Assembly: GCA_910578195.1 (NCBI GenBank) | Contig: CAJTOY010000001.1 | Span: 422,040 to 486,039, forward strand | DNA: 64,000 nt | DNA from: an uncultured Christensenella sp. | Lineage (GTDB): Bacteria > Bacillota > Clostridia > Christensenellales > Borkfalkiaceae | Reading direction: 5' to 3' | Shown here: one piece after another, positions 16,664 through 26,542 of the stretch | Layout: each line of letters starts with the position of its first letter | How positions within the stretch are numbered: position 1 is the first letter of the stretch | The notes under the pieces: model-generated | Told to the model about the DNA's origin: nothing | What the model saw: the letters and a program-made list of their open reading frames with translations, nothing else | Databases searched by the model: none | Position numbers and translations under genes: made by a program

Positions 16664-19600
16664 TTATTTTATTTTATCGCTGCCCAAAACCGCGCCTTCC
16701 GGTACGGAGTCGAGATTTGCACGGAAATCGTCCATTACTATACAACCGTAATCTTTCGTTGCGTTATCGACAACCTCAAAATAGCAAGACAATTCTTCGG
16801 TATTATCAAACTGATAATAGTAATGCACCATTACGGTATTCTGCGTATAGGCGTTATTGCGGAAAGTGGCAAGACACCGTCCGCCCGTTGCATATACTTT
16901 AATATAAACTTCGCTGTTATGCGCCGCACCGAATCGGAAAGATATTATACCGTTCTTTCTGAGAATAAATGCGCTTGAACGGACAATGCCGGTATTACCT
17001 TCCACGTTTACATTTTCCGATCCGTTATTGTAATGGAAAGTAAATAAGTATTTCCCGTCCTTTGTCGTTTCGTTAGTCTGATACCAATCTTCGGGAATTT
17101 CGTTTTCTACAACTTCACCGATTTCGCCAATCTTAGTCCAGCCGTCGAGATTTCCGGTTTCAAAGCTTCCGTTTTCCACAGAAAGGTATTCGTTTATATG
17201 ATTTACGGCGTTTGCGCTTCCTTCGGGAGCGGAGTCGAGATTTACTCTGAAATCGTCTGCGGTAAAGCAGCCCCAGACTTTTATCGCATTATCTACCACA
17301 CGGAAATAGCACAGCGTATCTTTCGTAAGTCCGTCAAGCTGATAACTGTAAGATTTGAGCTTACCGCCTTCTATATTGTCGTTGCGGAAAATTGCAATTA
17401 TAGAACCGTTTTCGGCATTTACAAGTTCCATAAATACGTTGCGGTTTCCTCCGCCGCCGAATTTGAACGACACATATTTACCTGCTTTGAGCACAAACAT
17501 ATTGCTCGTAAGCGTACCGATATTGCCCTCGCGGTTGATTTCGCCGTTATTCCAACTCCACCAGGAGAATAACTTTTCCCCTTCTTTACCGTATTCGTTG
17601 GCAGTATTGTCGGGATTACCGTTATTCCAATAACCCTTATCGGACGTAACAGCGCCTATATCGCCTAATACCGTCCAACCCGTCATATCTTTCTCAAAGC
17701 CGCCGTTTAAGATATCGTAAATTGTTGCGGGGCGTTCGGTTACCAATTCGGCAACGGTTAATTCGCTTTCGGGCGCTTCGGGATAATAGGTAACAAAACT
17801 GTCAACAAAGAACAGACCGTAATCGTTCACGCCGTTATCGACCAAACGTATATAAACCGTTTTGCCGATAAACTGCGAGAGGTCAGCCTTGTAGGCGAGC
17901 AACGTACAACCCCTTACATCCGTCTGCGAACTATCGTCCGAGAACGCGTTATTGTAATATCTTGCAAGTATATTACCCGTTTCCTTTTCTATAACGTCGA
18001 TGAATACCTTATCCGCATTTTTTGCACCGCCGAGTTTATAGGTTATCCAGCCAGAACCGCCGATTTTGAACGCGGAGCTTGTAAGGGTGCCCATCGCGCT
18101 TTCTTTTGCATTTCCGTTGAAATTGTATGCATTAAAGAAATTGCCGTCGTTATTGAAAGGAATATTTTCGTTCCAATACGTTTCATTGCTATTGACGCCG
18201 CCGAGGTCGGGATTGCTTAAAATCCAGCCGTCAAGACCGTTGTCAAAACCGCCGTTTGTAATGCGGTATGCGCGCGTATCTTTAATTTTCAATGTATAGT
18301 TATAGCTGAGCGACTTATCTTCGCCGTTGTGACTGAACGAAACCGTTACCGCAAAAACGACCTCGGTTGCCGTGTCCGTGTAGCTTTCATAATAATAGTT
18401 ATAAGAAGTTACGTCAAGCGTTATAGATTCGCCGTCCATAGTTACGGAATAACTTAATTCAAGTCCGCCTACGTTTTCGACATTGCTTGCAAAATCGATA
18501 ACAATATTTTCTTTGTTGTTTTCGGTAAACAAGTCGATACTTTTTTCTACCGCACCTTCCTTTAACGCAGGCGCCGTTTCCGTCGTGACCGTGACGGCGA
18601 TTTCAACCGTAAGCACAAGTTCGCCGTTATACTTGACAACAATAGAAACTTTTGCGCCGGTTACCTCTTTACTGCCTGCCGTCACCGTGAATTTACCCTC
18701 GGCAATTGCGCTTAAAGTAATTTCTTCGTTTTCGGTAGCGATTTCATAAGTTAAGTTACTTAAATTTTTGTCATCAACATAATCGGCAATCGTCAGCTCC
18801 TTACTGTTGCCTGCAAGCAGACGGAACGATTTTTCCGAATCTGCCTTTTCTTCGGGAATACGAACTTTAAGTTCGGCAAAAGCGCTTTCGATAGCGGTTT
18901 TTGCGTTGTCCACCTCCGCCTGCGTCGCGTAAACGTCATTAAGAATTGCTTTCGCAGCTTCTACTTTTGCGGTATAAGCGTTAAAGCTTTCTTCGGTGTA
19001 ATCGCCTTGTTCAGTCAAAGCGTTGTCGACAGCGGCTTTCAGCGCCGTTTTATCTGCTATCTGATTTTCGGCGGTATATGCGTTTGCGGGAAGCTCGGCT
19101 TCGTCTGCGTAGTACGTCACCAGCTCGTCGAAGTTGAAGAATCCGAATCCGTTTATGGCATTGTCGTGAAGTACGATTTTTAACGTTTCGCCCTCATACG
19201 CGCTAAGGTCTGCCACATACGTTACGAGATTGCACGCAAACTGCGATTTGCCTATCTCTTCCATTTGCCAGTTGCCGACATCCTCGAACTTAGTATTGCG
19301 CCAGATTGCAAGCACCGTGCCGTCCGCTTTTTCAAGCGTTATATAGCAATCTTTATTGCCCGCCGCGCCCAGCATGAAAGATATCTTGTTTATTCCGCCG
19401 ACCACAAACTCAGACGACGCAAGCGTTCCTTTTCCGCTTTCCTTATTAACGCCGGAGAAATATTTTCCTACGTTGAAGATAGGGAAGTTTTGCTCCCAGA
19501 ACGTACTCTGTTCGGTTATTTCACCGATTTCGCCTTCCATTGTCCAGCCTTCAAGTCCGCTGTCGAAATTACCGTTTACAGCCCTGTTAGCAGTCGTATC

Positions 19601-21592
19601 GCAAATTTTTAAGGTATAAGTGTAACCGACGCTTTTTTCGTTACCGTAACCTATAACGACGTCGAACACGGTTTCTATTGCGGTTTCGTCATAATCACCG
19701 TCAAGCTTATAAACCAGACGATTATCCGCGTCAAGCGTTACCGCTTCACCTTTCGAGGTAACGGTGTAAACGAGATTTTCAATTCCGTTGCTTTCAATAT
19801 TTTCTGTGAAGTCTATTGTCAGCTCGTCCTTATTTTCACATGTGTAAATATCCACAAAATGCGTTAACTGCGGCTGCTTGACAGTGGGTTGAAGCTCGCA
19901 TTTTACTTGCATCGTCAGCGTAACCGTAAGCTTGCTTTCGCCCTTGTATTTAACGGTTATAATTACGTTGACATCAACGTCCACTTCCGTTTCGCCTGCG
20001 GTAACAGTGAATTTACCGTTCTCTATTTCGCCGACTGTTATAAGCGCATTATCGGAAGTTATTTCATATGTGATTTCCGAAAGATTTTTCGAATCGATAT
20101 AATCGGAAATTGTCAGATTTTTCGAAAATCCCGTAAGAACTGGAATATTTTTAACTGCGCCGCCGACTTCTTCGGGAGTACGCAAAGTAAGATTTGCGAA
20201 AGCGCTTTCGATAGCGGTTTTTGCGCTATCCGCATCTGCCTGCGTCGCATAAACGTCATTAAGAATTGCTTTCGCCGCTTCTACTTTTTCGGTATAAGCG
20301 TTAAAGCTCTCTTCGGTGTAATCGCCTTGCGCTGTTAAAGCGTTGTCGACAGCGGTTTTCAGCGCCGTTTTATCGGCAAGCTGATTTTCGGCGGTATATG
20401 CGTTTTCGGGAAGCCCGTTTTCGTCTGCGTAGTACGTCACCAGCTCGTCGAAGTTGAAGAATCCGAATCCGTTTTCGGCATTGTCGTGAAGCACGATTTT
20501 TAACGTTTCGCCCTCATACGCGCTAAGGTCTGCCACATACGTTACGAGATTGCACGCAAACTGCGTTTTGCCTATCTCTTCCATTTGCCAGTTGCCGACA
20601 TCCTCGAACTTAGTATTGCGCCAGATTGCAAGCACCGTGCCGTCCGCCTTTTCAAGCGTTATATAGCAATCTTTATTGCCCGCCGCGCCCAGCATGAAAG
20701 ATATCTTGTTTATTCCGCCGACCACAAACTCAGACGACGCAAGCGTTCCTTTTCCACCCTCTTTATTAGCTCCTGAAAAATATTTTCCTACGTTGAAGAT
20801 AGGGAAGTTTTGCTCCCAGAAAGTATTTTTCTCGGTTATTTCGCCTATTTCGCCTTCCATTGTCCAGCCTTCAAGTCCGTTGTCAAAGTTGCCGTTTACA
20901 ACCTTGTATTGTGCGTTCAAGTCGGGTTCTTCGCGCGTATCGGTAACTTTTATATTCAACTTAAACTCTACCGTTTTGGCTGCGGCTGAAGGAGTTTCGC
21001 TATCCGTGTAAGAGGCGACTAACGTCAACTGTTTTTCGACGGGTTCTCCGTAAGAGACCGTAAGTTTGTTGCCTTCTATGGTAACCTTGTCGTCCTCTTC
21101 TTTCAATGAGAAGGTATAGATGAACGTGTTCGAGCCGGTTTTGGGCGAAAGGGTAACAGATTTGCTGTTGACGTTCACCAAATCATACTCTATATTCACG
21201 TCCTTAAATTCGGGCGCGGGCTTCTCCTCAGGTTGTTGTTTTTCGTTTACGGTAACCGCAAAGTTTATGGAAATTTCGTCGGCGCTTGCCGTAACGGTTG
21301 CATTTCCCTTTGAAACCGCCGTCACCGTTGCCGTGTTACCGTCAACCGTTGCCGTTGCTATACTGTCGTCCGAAGAATAAACCGTATAAGCAAATTCGGT
21401 ACCCTCTATCGAAATGTACTCCGATAAATCAATATTTTGACTTTCGCCCTCGGTAATCGTCAAAGCGATACCGTCCTTGATTTTTTCGGGTTTTTTCGTT
21501 TCGTCGTCATCTTTCTGATGATTGCACGCCGCGCATATAACAACGATGCTGCTAACCAATACAGAGAATAACGTCACTAAAAATTTTTTCAT
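16664..21592 (-). CDS. 1642-aa secreted or lipid-anchored non-catalytic surface protein with Ig-like domains, FIVAR-like linkers and five CBM-like beta-sandwich modules
   Basis: The signal peptide ends in ..VICAAC. It has a Big_2-like segment (SIATATVDGNTATVTAVSKGNATVTA) and two FIVAR-like helices (DKTALK..YTEESFNAYT..AKAILND..ATQA..AKTAIESAF). Five modules begin NG(N/G/S)F(D/E)..L(E/D)GW and contain GTL(A/T)SS.F..GG....F.LG. I recognise no catalytic motif and no LPXTG. Confidence 0.75.
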   Translation of the reverse strand: MKKFLVTLFSVLVSSIVVICAACNHQKDDDETKKPEKIKDGIALTITEGESQNIDLSEYISIEGTEFAYTVYSSDDSIATATVDGNTATVTAVSKGNATVTASADEISINFAVTVNEKQQPEEKPAPEFKDVNIEYDLVNVNSKSVTLSPKTGSNTFIYTFSLKEEDDKVTIEGNKLTVSYGEPVEKQLTLVASYTDSETPSAAAKTVEFKLNIKVTDTREEPDLNAQYKVVNGNFDNGLEGWTMEGEIGEITEKNTFWEQNFPIFNVGKYFSGANKEGGKGTLASSEFVVGGINKISFMLGAAGNKDCYITLEKADGTVLAIWRNTKFEDVGNWQMEEIGKTQFACNLVTYVADLSAYEGETLKIVLHDNAENGFGFFNFDELVTYYADENGLPENAYTAENQLADKTALKTAVDNALTAQGDYTEESFNAYTEKVEAAKAILNDVYATQADADSAKTAIESAFANLTLRTPEEVGGAVKNIPVLTGFSKNLTISDYIDSKNLSEITYEITSDNALITVGEIENGKFTVTAGETEVDVDVNVIITVKYKGESKLTVTLTMQVKCELQPTVKQPQLTHFVDIYTCENKDELTIDFTENIESNGIENLVYTVTSKGEAVTLDADNRLVYKLDGDYDETAIETVFDVVIGYGNEKSVGYTYTLKICDTTANRAVNGNFDSGLEGWTMEGEIGEITEQSTFWEQNFPIFNVGKYFSGVNKESGKGTLASSEFVVGGINKISFMLGAAGNKDCYITLEKADGTVLAIWRNTKFEDVGNWQMEEIGKSQFACNLVTYVADLSAYEGETLKIVLHDNAINGFGFFNFDELVTYYADEAELPANAYTAENQIADKTALKAAVDNALTEQGDYTEESFNAYTAKVEAAKAILNDVYATQAEVDNAKTAIESAFAELKVRIPEEKADSEKSFRLLAGNSKELTIADYVDDKNLSNLTYEIATENEEITLSAIAEGKFTVTAGSKEVTGAKVSIVVKYNGELVLTVEIAVTVTTETAPALKEGAVEKSIDLFTENNKENIVIDFASNVENVGGLELSYSVTMDGESITLDVTSYNYYYESYTDTATEVVFAVTVSFSHNGEDKSLSYNYTLKIKDTRAYRITNGGFDNGLDGWILSNPDLGGVNSNETYWNENIPFNNDGNFFNAYNFNGNAKESAMGTLTSSAFKIGGSGWITYKLGGAKNADKVFIDVIEKETGNILARYYNNAFSDDSSQTDVRGCTLLAYKADLSQFIGKTVYIRLVDNGVNDYGLFFVDSFVTYYPEAPESELTVAELVTERPATIYDILNGGFEKDMTGWTVLGDIGAVTSDKGYWNNGNPDNTANEYGKEGEKLFSWWSWNNGEINREGNIGTLTSNMFVLKAGKYVSFKFGGGGNRNVFMELVNAENGSIIAIFRNDNIEGGKLKSYSYQLDGLTKDTLCYFRVVDNAIKVWGCFTADDFRVNLDSAPEGSANAVNHINEYLSVENGSFETGNLDGWTKIGEIGEVVENEIPEDWYQTNETTKDGKYLFTFHYNNGSENVNVEGNTGIVRSSAFILRKNGIISFRFGAAHNSEVYIKVYATGGRCLATFRNNAYTQNTVMVHYYYQFDNTEELSCYFEVVDNATKDYGCIVMDDFRANLDSVPEGAVLGSDKIK

Positions 21593-21611
21593 TTTTTCCT
21601 CCCTAAAAATT

Positions 21612-24035
21612 TTATATCAGATTATCTGCAAGAACCGCATTTTCAGCAAGCTCGGGTTCAGATTCGTAATAGGTTATAAAGCTGTCGGCAAATATCAGCC
21701 CCCAATCTTTAACCGCATTATCGACAATTCGGATAACAAGCTCGTCTCCTAAATAATCGGATAAATCGGCCTTGTACTGCACCATATTTGCAAGACAACT
21801 GCCTTTTAAATCGTTTATATCTATACCGTTATCTTTGAATTCGGTATTGCCGAATTTAGCCACAACATTGTTTTGGGTCTTGTCGAAAATCTCTATATAG
21901 CAAAGTTCGGTGTTTGCGCCGCCGCCCAGCTTGAACGTAATCCAACCGCTGCCGCCGAGCGTAAAACTGCCGCTTTCCAAAGTGCCCGTCTGACTTTCTT
22001 CCCCTTTCCAGCCGTTGAAGAAATATTCGCCGTCCTTGTTAAACGGAAGCCCCTCGTTCCACCAAACGCTGTCGCTTGAAATTCCGCCTATGTTGCCGTT
22101 TAACGTCCAGCCTAATAAATCGCCTGTCTCGAAGTCTCCGTTATTAACCTGATAAATGTTGTCTTTACCGAGATATTCGAGTGTAAGCAAATCATTTGCG
22201 GTTATAGCTTTTTTAGGAACTGACTTTTCGGATTGGTAATAAGTGATAAAGCTGTCGGCAACCAAAAGCCCCCAATTATCCGTTGCGTTATCGGTAAGTT
22301 TCAGTTTTACCGTTCTGCCGATAAATTCGGAGAGGTCCGCTTTATACAAATTCATCGAGCCTTCGTTAAACGCGCTGTTATAATAACGCGTGAGCTCTTC
22401 GCCCGTTGCCGCGTCTATGACCGAAAGATAGCAAAGCTTCGAATTTTTTCCGCCGCCCAGCATATAAGTTATCCAGCCCGAGCCGCCGACTTCGAATTCC
22501 GAACTCGTCAATGTTCCCGTATTGCCTTCAAGCTTCTGTCCGTCGTGTTCAAAACCCGTAAACAGATAATTGCCTTTTTTGTTATAAGGTCTGTCAAGCC
22601 ACCAGCTTTCGCTTACGACTCTTCCTATATTGCCCGTTATATCCCAGTCTGTTAAGTCGCCCGTTTCAAAACCGCCGTTCTTGACCTGATATATACTGTC
22701 GGGCATAATATCGGCTTCGTTATCGTTGACAGCCGCATAAGATTCCTTGTCATACCACACGGGCTTTTCTTCCCAATACGTCTTTACGCTGTCCAGAGTT
22801 ATGCAACCAAGTTCGTCGCCCGAATTATTCTTATCTACGACCTCGATATACATCGTCTGTCCCAGATATTTGGAAAAATCCGCGTAGTACTGCACCATAT
22901 TCAAAAGACGCATACCGTTTGCAACGAACGGAAACTGGAAATTCCAATATTTAAAGTTGGAAAATCTTGCGACTTCTATATCGTTGCCCGTATTTTTCAA
23001 CATAAATCTGAGATACGTTTTACTGTTGTCGGAACAACCGCCCAGCTTCCAGCTTATATATCCCGAACCGCCGAGGACAAATTCAGACGAACGCATTACC
23101 CCCGTCGCCGACGGACGGTATTTTCCGTAGTGAAAATCGCCGTCGCGGGAATATGTGATATTTTCGTTCCACCAAACGCTTTCGGAATTGACTCCGTCAT
23201 GAGAAAATGCGTCGCCTTCGACTATCGTCCAACCGGCAAGCGAACCCGTTTCGAAACCGCCGTTCTTTATTTCATACTGCGAAGGCGCGTCCGTATCCGA
23301 AACGTAATCGCGCACTTTCGTGAAGAATTCGCCCTCTTGCTGGGCGTCAGCGTATTCGCCTACTCTGATATCGTCCACGGCGAAATAACCGTAATAATAG
23401 CTTTCGTCGTTATCGACTATGCGGATATATACCCTTTCGCCCGCATAAGCGGATAAATCCAGTGTGTATGCGCTGAAATTATCGGTATTGTATACTCCCG
23501 CGGCGTATTTGTCGGGATTGACGTAATCTTCCGTATGCTCGATAAAATATTCGTTTGTCTGCTTTGCAAGAAGTTTGTCGTCCGACGAACGGTATATTCC
23601 CACGAAGCACAGCTTTTCTTTACTCTTTAATGCGGCATTTTCGCCCTTCCCTATCGTGAGCGCACCGCCGGCAAGCTTCATGCTGACCATGCCGTCCTCG
23701 GGAAGCACAAACTCGGTGGAACGTATCGCGCCGGTACGCGCGCCCGAATAAGCGCCGTCAAAGCCTTTTCCGCTGAGATACCAGTTCCCCGTTGCGTTGA
23801 CGGGCAGTTGATTATGGTTGGCGTCGTTTTCATAGGTGAAAGTTCTGTCGGACATAACGCAATTGTCGTCGAACGCATTGCCGTATTCCACAGTCCAGCC
23901 GCTTAAATCCGCGCTTTCGAAGCCGCCGTTGACGGGACCTGCGGGAACTTCGCGCGGCGTGCTTGCACAAGCCGTACCTGCAACCGCAGCGCCAAAACAT
24001 AATAAACTCAGCAAAGTTATAAGTGTTTTTCGCAT
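21612..24035 (-). CDS. 807-aa secreted non-catalytic protein built from four CBM-like beta-sandwich modules
   Basis: Signal peptide MRKTLITLLSLLCFGAAVAGTAC. The four modules start VNGGFESADLSGWT, IKNGGFETGSLAGWT, VKNGGFETGDLTDWD and VNNGDFETGDLLGWT. They are the same family as in the 1642-aa neighbour. AAGGGGGG RBS. Confidence 0.75.
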   Translation of the reverse strand: MRKTLITLLSLLCFGAAVAGTACASTPREVPAGPVNGGFESADLSGWTVEYGNAFDDNCVMSDRTFTYENDANHNQLPVNATGNWYLSGKGFDGAYSGARTGAIRSTEFVLPEDGMVSMKLAGGALTIGKGENAALKSKEKLCFVGIYRSSDDKLLAKQTNEYFIEHTEDYVNPDKYAAGVYNTDNFSAYTLDLSAYAGERVYIRIVDNDESYYYGYFAVDDIRVGEYADAQQEGEFFTKVRDYVSDTDAPSQYEIKNGGFETGSLAGWTIVEGDAFSHDGVNSESVWWNENITYSRDGDFHYGKYRPSATGVMRSSEFVLGGSGYISWKLGGCSDNSKTYLRFMLKNTGNDIEVARFSNFKYWNFQFPFVANGMRLLNMVQYYADFSKYLGQTMYIEVVDKNNSGDELGCITLDSVKTYWEEKPVWYDKESYAAVNDNEADIMPDSIYQVKNGGFETGDLTDWDITGNIGRVVSESWWLDRPYNKKGNYLFTGFEHDGQKLEGNTGTLTSSEFEVGGSGWITYMLGGGKNSKLCYLSVIDAATGEELTRYYNSAFNEGSMNLYKADLSEFIGRTVKLKLTDNATDNWGLLVADSFITYYQSEKSVPKKAITANDLLTLEYLGKDNIYQVNNGDFETGDLLGWTLNGNIGGISSDSVWWNEGLPFNKDGEYFFNGWKGEESQTGTLESGSFTLGGSGWITFKLGGGANTELCYIEIFDKTQNNVVAKFGNTEFKDNGIDINDLKGSCLANMVQYKADLSDYLGDELVIRIVDNAVKDWGLIFADSFITYYESEPELAENAVLADNLI

Positions 24036-24045
24036 ATTGCCCCCC

Positions 24046-26535
24046 TTAATCCCCTAAATTTCCGACATTGCCGTAATATGGCGGCGTTACCGTTTCCGAG
24101 TACGCGCTGCCCATTCGGTAAACTTCAAACGAGGTAAAACGTATTCCCGAATTGTTGTCGAATACTCTTAAATAATCCGAGTCGCCGTATTTTGGATAAA
24201 CTCTTGTGGTAAAACTCATTACTCCGTTTACATACACTTCAAGCATCGAGCGGTCCAGAAGAATTATTACGCTGAATTCGCGCGATGTGTTTTTCCAGGT
24301 ATGGCTCGGAGTTTTTGAAACGTAATCCAAAAGGGAAGCCTTATTTCTCTCTATATATACTCCTTTTTCTGAAAAGCAAATATCCGTGCGCTCGGTCATA
24401 GTATCCACTGTATTGGGATTGTAGCGGACGCTTATTCCGCCCGAATAAACTTCTGCGTTCGGTTCAAGCGTAAACGTTGCCCTTATTTCCAGCAAATCGC
24501 CCCGTATAGACGATATTTCCGAATTGAGCGCGTCCGCCGTTTTACCGTCGCCCGAATAGCTGTAAAGGGTTTCTTCTCTTACGCTTTCCAGCTCCTTTAT
24601 GGGTTCGCGGATAACTTCGTTTCCGTTGTCCGCAAGCCACAGTTCGAGCGGAATTGCAAAGTTATGCGCCCAACCGGCGTCGTAATTTTGCGCCGTGCCC
24701 GCGTCCTTACCTTGCGCTATGGCGTAAATAACCGTTCTGCCTTGCTCGTATGCGGTTTTACCGGCGGCAATATCTTCTTCCGTAAGGAAGCAGAAACCGT
24801 TCTGACCCGTGTAGACTCCGCGCCCCATATCAAACAAGCGGGGCTTATGGTCGTCGGGAATGAAACGGCAGGTTTCTTTGTCAAACGTACCTATCCAGTA
24901 ATAGCACTCCACGACGTATCCGTCCACAGTGTATTGAGGACAGTCGAAAAGTATATATTTCGTCTTTGAACCGTCCTTTGTTGAAATGGGAAGCATTACA
25001 ACACATTCCCAGTGCGCGCCTTGTTCGGGATAAAGTCCGTAATCGCACTCGTACAGATAGCCTCTGTATTCCCACTCGCGCATATCGGCGGACGTATACA
25101 CGTTTGCAGACCCGCCTTTGCCCGGAATTGACGTGGAAACCATCATATAATATGTGCCGTCGTCGTACCATACGAAGGGGTCGCGGAACTGGTCGCGTTC
25201 GCCCTGCGAGTCGTCGGAGGGCTGAGTAATCACAACTTTATCTTCTACAATCCACTCTGTAAGATACGGGTCGTCGGGGTTTGCCGCATGGGCAAACGCC
25301 ACATTCTGACCGCTCCACGAGCTCGTGTTGGTTCCCGCCGTTATTACAAGCCACGGCGTGCCGTCGGGACCGATACAAGCGCCGCCCGTCCATACGCCTT
25401 CGGGGCATATGCCCGCCGTAGGAACGACGGCGTCCTTAACGTATTCCCAATGAATCATATCGTCGCTGACTATATGTCCCCAGCGTATTTGCGACCAATA
25501 CGGTCCCGCGGGGTTATGCTGGTAAAACACATGGTATTTGCCCTTGTAATAAAACGGCGAATGAGGTTCGTTCATCCAAACCGCGGGAGGCAATCCGTGA
25601 TATTGCGGGCGGTATCTGTCGCCCTCGTAAACGGAGCTGTCAAGCGCAATATCCTTCCAGTCGAGCGCGGGATGCCCTTCAACTGCGTCGGTATCCGAAT
25701 ATATTTCTTTTATCTCTTTGGGTGAAAGCGAAGTATCGTAAACGTTAACTTCGTCCAGCAGTCCGCTTACAAGCTGACGGCTTATGCCGAATTCTTGTAC
25801 GGGGTTTGTAAACCTGCCGATATATAAAGGGTCTTCCGAAGCGACTATACGGGTTTCCGCAAGCTCGGGAATAATAGACTCGTAAGAAGGCACGCCGTTA
25901 TAAAACAGACCTATGTATCCGGTTTTGCTGTCGAAGCTGACGGCTATGTGCGACCATTGGTACAGAGGGAGCGTGTTTACGGGGTCATAAAAAGCCCAAA
26001 CGTAATCTTCGTCGGTTTCATTGTTGTGCAAAGCAAGCTGAATTCCCCAAAGTCCCAGTCTGCCGTAACCCAAAAGAAAACCTTCGCCCGCCTCCACGTT
26101 GCCTTTATTCATTACGGAAGTTAGTCTGGGATTGCCCGCCGCGTCCGAAACATCGCCGTAATTGGGAAGATTTTCAAACACCCTCGGAGCTACCCACGCC
26201 GAAAGCGTAATTGCCGAAGCGGGAGTTTTGAAATCTTTATTGGTTATGCTGTTTGAAAAGCCGTCCATATACAGCGCTTTTCCTTTTACGCCGGTTTTCC
26301 TTAAAGGGTCTGACGGCGCTTTGAAAATTTTGTCTGCGTTTTCCTCATTGAAAACGTAATTGATTTTATATTCTTTATTGCTTACGGCGTCTTTCGTCAT
26401 GCTTCCGCTTTCTTCTTCGAATGAATAAGATAAAACCAGATTGTCGGCTTTTTCGGAATTTTTACAAGCGGTAGCCATTCCCAAACTGCTCAGGCACAAC
26501 GCCGTAACGACTGCTATTGCTTTTTTGAATTTCAT
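24046..26535 (-). CDS. Extracellular lipoprotein: LamG/ConA-like domain plus GH32 domain with a variant nucleophile motif
   Basis: The start is moved to ATG 26535 (MKFKKAIAVVTALCLSSLGMATAC, GTGAGG RBS). LamG_3-like block: ALYMDG..TLSAWV..LLDEVNVYDTSLSPKEI. GH32 blocks: YRPQYHGLPPAVWMNEPHSPFYYKGKYHVFYQHNP, FRDPFVW, HWECVVM. Confidence 0.8.
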   Translation of the reverse strand: MKFKKAIAVVTALCLSSLGMATACKNSEKADNLVLSYSFEEESGSMTKDAVSNKEYKINYVFNEENADKIFKAPSDPLRKTGVKGKALYMDGFSNSITNKDFKTPASAITLSAWVAPRVFENLPNYGDVSDAAGNPRLTSVMNKGNVEAGEGFLLGYGRLGLWGIQLALHNNETDEDYVWAFYDPVNTLPLYQWSHIAVSFDSKTGYIGLFYNGVPSYESIIPELAETRIVASEDPLYIGRFTNPVQEFGISRQLVSGLLDEVNVYDTSLSPKEIKEIYSDTDAVEGHPALDWKDIALDSSVYEGDRYRPQYHGLPPAVWMNEPHSPFYYKGKYHVFYQHNPAGPYWSQIRWGHIVSDDMIHWEYVKDAVVPTAGICPEGVWTGGACIGPDGTPWLVITAGTNTSSWSGQNVAFAHAANPDDPYLTEWIVEDKVVITQPSDDSQGERDQFRDPFVWYDDGTYYMMVSTSIPGKGGSANVYTSADMREWEYRGYLYECDYGLYPEQGAHWECVVMLPISTKDGSKTKYILFDCPQYTVDGYVVECYYWIGTFDKETCRFIPDDHKPRLFDMGRGVYTGQNGFCFLTEEDIAAGKTAYEQGRTVIYAIAQGKDAGTAQNYDAGWAHNFAIPLELWLADNGNEVIREPIKELESVREETLYSYSGDGKTADALNSEISSIRGDLLEIRATFTLEPNAEVYSGGISVRYNPNTVDTMTERTDICFSEKGVYIERNKASLLDYVSKTPSHTWKNTSREFSVIILLDRSMLEVYVNGVMSFTTRVYPKYGDSDYLRVFDNNSGIRFTSFEVYRMGSAYSETVTPPYYGNVGNLGD

Positions 26536-26542
26536 ATTAACC

